A stretch of 64,000 nucleotides of DNA from assembly GCA_964016885.1 (NCBI GenBank), contig OZ024742.1, positions 146,816,001 to 146,880,000 on the forward strand, in the 5' to 3' direction. Shown one piece after another: positions 1 through 10,988 of this stretch. The DNA is from Eledone cirrhosa. Its lineage: Eukaryota. Each line of letters starts with the position of its first letter. The first letter of the stretch is position 1. A program made the translations under genes and the position numbers. The notes beneath the pieces are model-generated. The model worked only from the letters and a program-made list of their open reading frames with translations, had not been told where the DNA came from and did no database searches.

Positions 1-190
1 CCTACTTCCCTGAATTGAGGGATCTCAGCTCTGATGCTATGGATATGTGGTTAGAATATCTCAGGAAAGAATTGCTAGACAGATTTTACGGCCAATACCA
101 ACCAATAGGAGACCCAAGGGTAGACCCCGAGCAAGATGGTTGGATAACATCCATGAGCTCAGCTGGTCTCACTTTGGGGATCCAGTCATG
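1..190 (+). mobile_element. Degenerate RTE-clade LINE, C-terminal remnant
   Basis: A frame not in the ORF track reads SQL*CYGYVVRISQERIARQIL...RRPKGRPRARWLDNI, the RTE C-terminal RW.GH...GRP..W signature, with stops. Confidence 0.65.
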
Positions 191-341
191 CAGAAGGTAC
201 AAATCTATTCTATATGATGATTTCAAATAAATTAAACAGTTCTAGTCCTGTAGAAGTTACGTATTTCTATGTGAAATGTATATATATAATTATATGTGTA
301 TGTATATACATATATATATGTGTGTGTGTGTCTGTCTGTGC

Positions 342-418
<77 letters not shown>

Positions 419-591
419 TAGACGCGCTCCATCATCCACTTTTCTAAAAAAAAGTATATCATACACAAAAAGCCAGCATCAACAATTTTCCAAGAGATGA
501 CAACATGAATGGACCTGCTATTTTTACTTTAAAAACATTTTTTCAGATTCCGCCCTGCCCATCCCTTCAATCTTTCTAATTTATCATTCTT

Positions 592-627
592 TCTTCTGAT
601 GAATGACTAATAGCCAAAACGTTAAGA
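592..627 (+). ncRNA. Degenerate minimal type-I hammerhead-like motif (PLE-type)
   Basis: tctt-CTGATGA-atgactaatagcc-aAAAC-GTT-aaga. Stem I is tctt/aaga, stem III is the palindrome aacgtt, and G12 is changed to A. The downstream flank (640-715) recurs at about 49470-49545. Confidence 0.5.
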
Positions 628-736
628 CCCTCTCCCTGCTATTTTAAGCATTAATCTAATATATTCCTCCCACATACTGTACCTAGTGTTCTTATTTCTG
701 TTTACCTTTTACATATATAGATATATATATATAAAA

Positions 737-986
737 GGTGATGTGTTGTTTCCTTGAGCAAGACACTTTATTTCACATTGCTCCAGTTTACTCAGCTGTA
801 GAAATGAGATGATAGGGAATATAAAGTGGTCGTGGAGGTGCCACAGCAAAAAAGCACCCAGCCCTCACTGTAAATGAGGTTGGTGTTAGGAAGGGCATCC
901 AGCTGTAGAAATCAAGCCAGAATCAGTTCCCGTTCCACCCTTGCAAGCAGGGAAAAAGCAGACGTAAAATGAAATGATGATGATTA
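737..986 (+). mobile_element. 5'-truncated SINE-1 with RTE-A 3' tail
   Basis: Matches the body and tail of 32561-32961 (ggtgttaggaagggcatccagctgtagaaatc...cccttgcaagcaggg...gacgtaaaatg) and ends in (GAT)n. Confidence 0.8.
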
Positions 987-999
987 TAAGAACAGATTA

Positions 1000-1830
1000 A
1001 AGTTTAATAAATAATAATGAAAATATTGTGTACAGTGCTCAGGTGCACTACAACTCATCAAAAAGTGTATGTAATGTACAAACGTCAGGAAAATGAACAG
1101 TGCATGAGTCATGATATACATGTGTGCATGTGTATGGAAGGGGGACATCAGGTGTAGTTTTGGCGAATTTCGGGAAGCATGAGGGTTTTAAAGGATGCAG
1201 TGTCTCGGCAGCTAACAACTGACGCAGGCAGTTTGTTCCATGCTTCAGCAACTCTGAGCGTGAAAAATAGTTTCCGAAAGTCATGGGAGCTGTGTTGTTT
1301 TCTGATTTTGTAGGCATGTCCACGTGTGTTAGACACATGGAAATCAAAAAGGTGCTCAGGGTTGTTGTTGGCGAGATGGTTAATAACTTTGTGGGTGTTT
1401 ACCAAGTCCATTGCCAGACGTCAGAGCTTCAATGAATCCATGCCCAGGGAAGCAAGGCATTCAGAGTATGGTAGGTGTCTGATGGAGGGTAGGCGCTTGG
1501 TTGCACGTCTCTGAACAATTTCCAGGAGGTCAATGTTCTGAGCAAGATAGGGGTTCCAGACTGATGATGGGAATTCCAAGTGTGGTCGTACCATAACTGC
1601 ATACAGCTTTAAATAGATGGCTGGAGAGCGGCTAACAAAGGTCTTGCTGAGTGATGCCAAGACACCCTCAGCCTTCTTGACAATCTTAGAGACATGCTTT
1701 GTCCAACGCAAATCGCTGCTGACAGTAATGCCCAGGTCACGTTCACAAGAGGACTTCTTGATATCAGTGTTGTGGAGGGAGTATGTGGACGCTGGATTTT
1801 TCCTCCCACAGCCAGCTTCAGTTGCCAGTC
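1000..1830 (-). mobile_element. CR1-type LINE 3' fragment
   Basis: ORFs 1421-1711 and 1148-1411 read VRPHLEF..VWNPY...QRRATK...YSECLASL, then TRGH..K...FFTLRV..WNKLP, typical of CR1/L2-group ORF2 C-termini. Confidence 0.8.
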
Positions 1831-1900
1831 TATATATGTATCATATTTATATATATATAATCCTTATCGAGCCCTCTTCGGATTTTAGTCTTCACATTTT

Positions 1901-1944
<44 letters not shown>

Positions 1945-1947
<3 letters not shown>

Positions 1948-2070
1948 AATATAGAAAAGCTTCTACAGGACTAGAACTGTTTCATTTGTGAGAAATAATC
2001 AGGAAGCTCCCTGATAACTTCTCACGAATGAAACAGTTCTAGTCCTGTAGAAGCTTTTCTATATTTAAAA
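1945..2070. repeat. Fold-back inverted repeat with a hammerhead-like motif in each arm
   Basis: Arms 1945-2003 and 2010-2070 are near-perfect reverse complements. The right arm reads CTGATAA-cttctcacgaat-GAAA-cag ttctagtc ctg-TA-gaagc. (TA)n lies on the left and about 70 bp to the right. Confidence 0.75.
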
Positions 2071-2642
2071 CATTTATACTCTGCTATGTATTGAGTACCT
2101 TAATTACTGTGGTTACCTCCTATTGAACCCGGGATAAACTTATATATATATATATTGTGTGTGTATATGTGCAATCTTATTTTTCTAAGCCTCCACACCT
2201 CACACATCCCCCCATCCTCACACACACACCTCAAAACAGCTCTGCCGGCAGGGTTGGGTTAATTAGATACTATTGTGACAGTGGAGATATACAGCAAGTT
2301 GTTCGAATACAAACAGACTTTTCCAGTAGTTACTGTGATAATATATATATACATATATCGAGTTGTTATCACATGCACTGTGATAAATCTGGTTTCTATG
2401 ACAACAGAAATGCAGCCATTTACTTCATAGAGGGCGTTTAATTGAACAAGTTAAAAACATAATTTATGTTTATTCATACTAATAAGATGGGTGTGGGGGT
2501 TGGGAAGGGAGTGAGGGAGACCTTCTTTGTTGTTGTTCATTATCTTGAGGGATATCTAAATATTGTCACAACACCAGTGAATATAAAATATTATTTGGAT
2601 ATTAATTGATCAAAGCATATATATATATATATATATATATAT

Positions 2643-3110
2643 AAGACAATGCCACTGGACCGAGACCTTTGGCGGTACTCAGTAACAGAGAAGACCCGCC
2701 TTACCTAAATACATAGTAAAACCTACTACAGCCAGTAGGCATCTCTAACAAAATACCCCCCCCCCCCCCGTCCCCACCACCCCCAACTCATCCACGCCAC
2801 CCCGTTGTATGTAAAGTTGTGTTGGTGCCACACCATCCAGGCCGAAACAAATGAGATCGTGTAGGTGTCACGACAAAAAAACACACAGTCCACGCTGTAA
2901 TGTGGCCGTGTAGGTAACACGGTAAAAACCTCCCAGCCCCACACTGTAAATGTGGTTGGTGTTAGGAAGGGCATCCAACTGTAGAAAACCTGCCAGACAG
3001 TCCTATGCGAGCAAGACAATCACTCTTGCCTCAAGTGGGACTACCCCCGTCCAAACCCATGCAAGCGTGGAACACGGACGTTAAACGTTGATGATGATGA
3101 TGATGATGAT
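2643..3110 (+). mobile_element. RTE-B LINE 3' end (5'-truncated)
   Basis: Encodes KTMPLDRDLWRYSVTEKTRLT*, then a 3' UTR matching the reverse complement of about 57095-57560 and a (GAT)n tail. Begins inside (TA)n. Confidence 0.85.
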
Positions 3111-3394
3111 ATATACAGTAATTACATCATAATTACGTTAATAGACTTTTGTGTAAGATATTAACAGATATCACAGATATAGCTTCAAGTAATAAACTTG
3201 CAAATTATTTTCATTACAATTTTGCTCGTTTGTTAACTAATTAGAATAGGATTTGGAGAGGTTGTCAGTTAATTTAATGAGAAAACACCTCATTAATTAC
3301 TCAAGCTGCTTACATTTACCAATCAAAACTTCTTCAACAAATGAAGTAGATGGCATCATGTTTGAAGCTCTAAATTTTGGGTTTGGCATGCTCA

Positions 3395-5560
3395 TCATAC
3401 CCATCCATAGTCATAATGGCTATGTTAATCACCATGGCAATCTTAGCCATCACAGCCGTCATAACCATCGTAGCTGCTACTATAGTCATGATAGTCACCA
3501 TAGTCATCATAGTCATCATAGCCATCATGGCTATCATAGTTGTCATAGTCATCATAGTCATCATAGTCATCATAGCCATAATAGCCATCATAGTCATCAT
3601 AGCCATCATAGTCGTCATAGCCATAATAGCCATCATAGTCATCATAGCCACCATAGCCATCATAGCCATCATAGCCATCATAGCCATCATAGTCATCATA
3701 GTCCTCATAGCCATCATAGTCACCATAGCCATCATAGTCATCATAGTCATCATAATCACCATAGTCATCATAGTCATCATAGCCATCATGCCTATCATAG
3801 TCGTCATAATCATCATAGTTGTCGTAGCCATCATAGCCATCATAGTCATCATTAGCCATCATAGTCATCATAGTCATCATAACCATCATAGTCATCATAG
3901 CCATCTTAGTCAGCATAGTCATTATAGTGATCATAACCATCATAGTCATCATAGTGATGATAGTCATCATAGCCATCATAGCCATCATAGTCATCATAGT
4001 CATTATAGTCATCATAGTCATCATAGCCATCATAGTCATCATAGCCATCATAGCCATCGTAGTCATCATAGCCATCATAGCCATCATAGCCATCATAGCC
4101 ATCATAGCCATCATAGTCATCATAGTCATCATAGTCATAATAGCCATCATAGCCATCATAGTCATCATAGTCATTATAGTCATCATAGTCATCATAGTCA
4201 TCACAGCCATCATAGCCATCATAATGATCATAGTGATCATAGTGATCATAGTTATCATAGCCATAATAGCCACCATAGCCATCACAGCATCATAGCCATC
4301 ACAGCCATCACAGCCATCATAGCCATCATAGCCATCATAGTCAGAGCTATCATAGTCATCATAGTCATCATAGTCATCAAGTCATCATAATCATTCAAGT
4401 CCTCATAGTCATCATAGTCATTATAGTCATCATAGACATCATAGCCATCATAGTCATCATAGCCATCATACTCATCATAGTCATCATAATCATCATAGTC
4501 ATCATAGTCATCATAGTCATCATAGCTATAATAGCCATCATAGTCATCATAGTCATCATAGTCATCATAGTCATCATATTCATCATAGCCTTCATAGCCA
4601 TTATAGTCATCATAATTATTATAGCCATCATAGACATCATAGTCGTCATAGTCATCATAGTCATCATAGTCATCATAGCCACCATAGCCATCATAGCCAT
4701 CATAGCCATCATAGTCATCCTAGTCATCATAGTCATCACAGCCATCATAGCTATCATAGTCATCTTAGTCATCATAGCCATCATAGCCATCCTAGTCTTC
4801 AGAGCTATCATAGTCATCATAGCTATCATAGTCATCATAGTCATCATAGCTATCATAGTCATAATAGCCATCATAGTCATCATAGTCATAATAGCCATCA
4901 TAGTCATCATAGCCATCATAGCCATCATAGTCTTCATAGTCATCATAGTCATCATAGCCATCATAGCCATCATAGTCATCATAGTCATCATAGTCATCAT
5001 AGCCATCATAGCTATCATAGCCATCATAGCCATCATAGTCTTCATAGTCATCATAGTCATCATAGCCATCATAGCCATCATAGCCATCATAGCTATCATA
5101 GTCATCATAGTCCTAATAGCCATCATAGTCCTAATAGCTATCATAGTCATAATAGCCATCATAGCCATCATAGCCATCATAGCCATCATAGCTATCATAG
5201 CCATCATAGCCATCATAGCCATCATAGCCATCATAGCCATCATAGCCATCATAGTCACCATAGCCACCAGAGCCATCATAGTCATCATAGCCTCCATAAT
5301 GATCATAGCCACCATAGTCATCATAGTCATAATAGCCATCATAGCCACCACAACCATCATAGTCATCATAGCCATCATAGCCACCACAACCATCATAGTC
5401 ATCATAGCCATCACAACCATCAAAGCCATCACAACCATCATAGCCATCATAGCCATCAAAGCCATCACAGCCATCAAAGCCATCGTAGACATTAGAACTA
5501 TGATAGCCTTCATAGTCTTCATACTTAGCTTAACCAATGTAAGCATATTAGTCATGATAG
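3395..5560. repeat. 9-bp satellite (CATCATAGY)n, about 2.1 kb
   Basis: Mixed catagccat and catagtcat units with degenerate edges. It is the source of the HHS, IIA and MMT pseudo-ORFs. Confidence 0.95.
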
Positions 5561-6212
5561 TGAATATAACCAGGGATGTGGTGGTGTTGATGGTGGTGGT
5601 GGTAGTGGAGATGATGATGATGATGATGAGGAGGAGGAGGAGTATGAGGGGGGGGGGGGGGGGGGGGGGGGGCAGGATTAAGACCAGTCAAAGAAATTTT
5701 ATTTATTTCATGTGTGTTCCATATTCTGCCAAACTCAAATGTGGCTACATCATCAAATCGATTCACTTTTGATTTCAATAAAACTATACAAAATGTTTTC
5801 CCCCAAAACCGAAGTATAATATGTCTGCTGCTGTACAGGTCCTCGTGTCTGCTCCCATATATTCTATTGGCTGTTGACATTCCAAAAGATCTTATTCAAG
5901 CAAACCTGATTAAGATTATCCAACCGCAAAAACAGTTTTGAAAAATTGAATGAACCCAAAGTAACTTATTACTTTCGATTAGTAGAATGTGTGAAGCATT
6001 TGGCCAATATTTTACTAAACATTTGTTCCATTGTGATAATACTCTTGAACATTATTCAGACAAGCGAATAAAAATCTATAAATAATCTATTGGAGAACTG
6101 ACAACTTTAAGTCCTGAGTCTTGTGATTGACAGAAAGCTCTCAAATATTGATTAAATGTAATAAATATATTACATAAGAATGTATGTGTTGTGGGTATAT
6201 ATATATAGTGTG

Positions 6213-6243
<31 letters not shown>

Positions 6244-6324
6244 CGAGCACAGAAAACATGCATATATACATACATACACACACACATACATATAAGCATG
6301 TATACATACATACACACACCCATA

Positions 6325-6680
6325 CATACATAATGGCTGCCCCCTCATTATCGAGTATGGCCATTGCATGATAAACCATTATTAATAATTATTAATTAAT
6401 TCTATTGTGCAATGCCTGTGCGTGAAGATACTTTTTAAAGTGAGGAAAGGCTGTGCACTGAGCCAATCCCACTCTCTGAGCGACAGTAGCTATAACCGGA
6501 AAAGAAGAAAAGATCAACATCATCGATAACTACTGAGGCGTAGGTTTTATATCAGAGTTATCCCAGTTTCCTGAGTTGCCTTTTCCTAGAAGAATGCCCT
6601 GACAAAGGCTAGGGGTCCTTCACTCCCAGTGGTTTAACCGCGCAATCGGGTGTCCAGCCCGATTATTTCTATGTCCCCAC
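6325..6680 (-). mobile_element. Non-autonomous retroelement with BovB-like RTE 3' tail
   Basis: The minus-strand end gcaatggccatactcgataatgagg..cagccatt(atgt)n resembles the 3' end of the RTE at 7420-8452. The body is related to 6870-7190 and 8600-8980. Confidence 0.55.
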
Positions 6681-6869
6681 GCATATACATACACATGCAC
6701 CCATGTATATACACATATACATAGACATACATATGTACATGTGTATATACATATTTACACACTTTTGGATGGACGTTGACTCTTATGAGTTCTTCTGCCC
6801 TTTCTCAAGTTTTGTTTTTTGTCCTGCAGGGTTTCCAAAATCACCCTCCTCACCACATACATACATACA

Positions 6870-7416
6870 TGCATACATGATGGCTGCAATTCGATTTCCA
6901 GTATGCCATCGTTTGATACTTAACCATGAGCATCACAGCTGTGGCTTTTTAGTCCTGCTAGGGACTTGCCTATGGCCAGCAATACCATGCATTGCAAAAC
7001 ATCTCACATATCAAATAATGCCTGTGCTTGAAGCTTTTTTAGTAAGGAAAGGCTTTGCATGGGGCCAATCTCACTCCCTGAACATGAAATGCATTTGTCC
7101 TCAAAGATGAACTGGTCTACATCATTGGATGCAAACAAAGTCGCAGGTTTTATATCAGAGTGACCTTCTCCTATAGAGAAGTCTTAATGAACAGTAGGAG
7201 TCTTAATGAACAGTAGGAGTCTTTATTGGATGATTGTTGACTCTCCTGAGTTCCTCTGCCCTTTGACAGGTTTTGCTTTTCCTCTCACAGGGTGTCCAAA
7301 TTCACCCTGCTCACCAAGTAAGCTTGGTGGAGTTGCTTGTTTAGTCGCTGATGACCCGACTATGCTCAAGTTATACTGGGTTACATGCTACCAGTAGCGC
7401 TAAAGAGTGACCTGAC
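6870..7416 (-). mobile_element. Non-autonomous retroelement with BovB-like RTE 3' tail (longest copy)
   Basis: Shares ggttttatatcagagt and aggaaaggct..gca blocks with 6325-6680. Segment 7220-7320 recurs at 6760-6855 and, diverged, at about 24590-24680. Ends in (TATG)n. Confidence 0.55.
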
Positions 7417-7419
7417 ATA

Positions 7420-8452
7420 CATACATGCATGATGGCTGAAAACTCATGTACGAGTATTGACATCGCCTGAGGAAATGTTAAAAAATGTGAGGCACAAATG
7501 TGACTCTTCAAACCAGCCAAAGATTTGCGTTCTCTGGTGCACACATGGAAACTGTAAATTCCTCTGGGAGTTTCCACTTTTTGGTTCTGACAGTGTGTTC
7601 TTCTTATATGTTTTTTAAGACCTCCCAGGCCTGCACATTTCTTGCCACATTCCCTACACCTTTTCAGATCATAATCTACATGAGGTCTACTGATATGACT
7701 TTGTTCATGTCTTATCTGACCAGCTTTCCTCAGGCAGACTTGACCACAGTGTGGCAAACCAGATGTTGCTCAACAGCAGGCAGTTCAGAACAGTTCATTT
7801 TCCTCACCTTCCTTTTCAGTGTTTGGTGTTCCCTCCGATGAGTTTCAAAGTGTTCACTTCCTGACTTGATCAAACGTCTCCATTTCGCACAATCCTCAAC
7901 CATTTTCTCCCATTCATCAGATGAAATTTCAGTGCAAGCCAAGGTGCCCCTGATACAGTCCCTGTATATACGATTGCTTTGGAATACGATCATCAGACAA
8001 CCACACTACATGACTACACCACCTCAGCCGATGCCAACAGATCGTGTTCTTTATACTCATGCACCGGCTCCATTTGAGAACTTCCAAATCACTGAGAACA
8101 TTTCACATGGAATCCCAAGTATCTTACGAAGAGATTGTTGGTGAAACCTCTTCAGTTTCTTGAGGTTCTTTCCGTAGGTGACCCACGTTTGACGAGCATA
8201 AATCAAAGAGGAGAGGACATAAGTCAGATAAACTTTTACCTTGGTTTCAATGGTGATACCTCGTCTGAATCACAAACGTTCATTCAGCTGTCCAAAAGTA
8301 TCACTGGCTTACTTGATTCTTAAGGATATTTCAACATCAAGTGTGCATGAATTGTTCAATGTATGCCCAAGGTAAACAAACATGTCAGCAACTTTTAGCC
8401 TCTTTCCATACACATACACACTTGGTGTAGTGTATTCTCTCCCAGGTGCTGT
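7420..8452 (-). mobile_element. RTE (BovB-like) LINE 3' fragment with C-terminal C2H2-type motifs
   Basis: Reads GKRLKVADMFVYLGHTL...DVEISLRIK, EWEKMVEDCAKWRRLIKSG and CRECGKKCAGLGGLKKHIRRTH. Frameshifted, and bounded by (CATA)n on both sides. Confidence 0.75.
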
Positions 8453-8599
8453 ACATACATAAATACATACATACATACACATACATACATCCATACATTA
8501 CACATACACACATACATACATGCATACACACATACACACATACATGCATACATACATACATACATACATACATACATACATACATACATACATACATAC

Positions 8600-8980
8600 A
8601 TACATGGTGGCTGCCAACTCGTTTTCGAGTACGGCCACTACTTTATATCCATGTAGGAGAACCCCTACCGATGAGCTGAACGAGTGTGACTTTTTAGTCC
8701 AGCCAGCGACTTGAAAACTCTGGTACAAACACTATACTTGTGACAATTATTGACACATAGTGCTGGGCCCATGGTACCATGTGATGACAAGTGCAGAGAC
8801 ATCTCCAGATATAAAGCAATGCCTGTGCCGTGAAGCTTTTATAGTGAGCAAAGGCACTGCACAAAGCCAGCCCCACTCTCTTAACCAAGATGATATTTAC
8901 CAAAAAGAAGAACAAGTCAACATCATTGGATACCATCAGGGTTGCAGGTGTTATATCAGAGTTTTCCTTCTCCTAGAATT
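8600..8980 (-). mobile_element. Non-autonomous retroelement with BovB-like RTE 3' tail
   Basis: Has tggctgcc..tcgagtacggcca and ttatatcagagt..cttctcctagaa blocks related to 6325-6680. Embedded in (CATA)n. Confidence 0.5.
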
Positions 8981-9350
8981 CTACATACATACATACATAC
9001 ATACATACATACATACATACATACATACATACATACATAGGTAAATCAACAGAAATAGAACAATGGAACAGATGATTTAAAAGAATGAGGGTTTAAAACA
9101 AGGTAAACAAAAAGTAAAAAATAAAATAGAAGACAGGTGAGGAAGAAGCTAAATGCTGCACAGAAATATTAAAAAGGTGTGTACAATGAAACTAATTATG
9201 CCAAATGAAAATAAAAGAAAAGGTTCTGACATATATATATACACACATATTTCATCATCATTTCATTTTACGTCCGTTTTTTCCCTGCTTGCAAGGGTGG
9301 GACTATATATATATATATATACTCTACTTGTCTATACCATACTAATTCAA

Positions 9351-9405
9351 ACTGCCTGAAGAGGTCACAGCCAAAGATGGCTGTCACTGAAATATATATA
9401 GCAGT
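9351..9405 (+). ncRNA. Type-I hammerhead ribozyme motif, intact core
   Basis: actgc-CTGAAGA-ggtcacagcca aaga tggctgtcact-GAAA-tatata-TA-gcagt. Stem I is a perfect 5 bp, stem II pairs at 10 of 11 positions, and stem III is a short palindrome. Confidence 0.75.
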
Positions 9406-9473
9406 AATAAACAAAGCTAAATTTTACTCATTTGACTTTTATTTAACTTTATTTTATATACTCTGCTGTATAT

Positions 9474-9556
<83 letters not shown>

Positions 9557-9627
9557 TTCTATATATATATACACTCTGTTATATATATATGTTGACATAC
9601 TGCTAACTCCTTTGATGTATGTATGTG

Positions 9628-9662
<35 letters not shown>

Positions 9663-9709
9663 ATATATATGTATGTATATGTATATCTCAGTGGATACAA
9701 CCAGATTTC

Positions 9710-10535
9710 AACACAGCAACAACTACAACAACAACAACTACAGCGACAGCAACAACAACAACAACAGCAGCAACAACACCATTGTCTGCAGCAGCAACAG
9801 CAGTGAAATGAAGAACAACAACAACGACAGCAGCAGGAACAACAACAACAACAGCAACTACTGCAACAACAACTACAACAACAACTCAACAACTACTGCA
9901 ACAACAACAGCAACAACACCATTGTCTGTGTTGAATGTGTGTGTATGTATGTATTTATATATATGCGACTACAATAACAGCAACAGCACCATTGTCTGCA
10001 GCATCAGTGAAATGAAGAACAACAACAACGGCAGCAGCAGCAGCAGCAGCAACAACAACAACAACAACAACAACAACAGCAACTACAATAACAACGACAA
10101 CAACAACAACTGCCACCACCATCACTGACCATCCACCACCACCACCATCACCATACTGACACCATCCACCACCACCGCCATCCACCACCACAACCACCAC
10201 CATCACTGGCACCGTTCACCACCACTGCCATCACCACCATCCACTGACACCATCCACCACCATCACCACCACCACTACTACCACCGCCACCATCACTAGC
10301 ACCATCCACCACCACCATCGCCACCATCACTCACCATCCACCACCACCACCACCATCACTGACACCATCCACCACCACCTCCAACACTACCACCACCACC
10401 ATCACTGACACCATCCACCACCATCACCATGACTGACACCATCCACCACCACTGACACCATCCACCACCACCACCATCACTGGCACCACCACCATTCACC
10501 ACCACCATTCACCACCACCACCACCACCATTACCA
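9710..10535. repeat. Compound (CAA/CAG)n then (CAC)n microsatellite
   Basis: Direct reading. The block caccattgtctgcagca..agtgaaatgaagaac is internally duplicated. Confidence 0.9.
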
Positions 10536-10988
10536 GCGTAAAGCAAACAATTATTATTATTATTATATAAAAACTGAACTGGACTGGGAAAAGTCAACAG
10601 TTGACATGATTTTGATTTTGTATCAGTACTGCCGGTAATATATATATATATGTGTGTGTGAGTGGTGTGTGTGTTTGCATGCATGAATGAGTGTTGGTGT
10701 GTGAGTGGCGTGTGTGTTTGTAGTTTGTATGCCTGAGTGTTGGTGTGTGAGTGTGTGCGTGTCGTGTCAATAGGTGTTTTTTTTTTGTTTTTTTATGACC
10801 ATGCTGTAAAATGGAGGGGTAGAGAGGGCCCTTGAGTTTAGTAAGACATCCTCTCTAGTGCTGGTGGCACAAATAAAAGCACGCAGTCCATACTGTAAAG
10901 TGGCGCTGGTGTTAGGAAGGGCATCCAACCAGTGTATCAATGCCAAAACACTTATCAGCACAGCAACAAATAGGAACAACAACAAAAT

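Noticed and set aside
5648-5672. Poly-G run as a functional G-quadruplex
   Set aside because: It is a pure homopolymer at the end of a microsatellite gradient. A similar G expansion sits inside RTE-A at about 13480, so slippage or a sequencing artefact is likelier.
7300-7416. HDV-like ribozyme at the 5' end of the BovB-associated element
   Set aside because: Small hairpins are visible (tactgg/ccagta, tagtcg/cgacta), but I could not assemble the nested double pseudoknot by eye.
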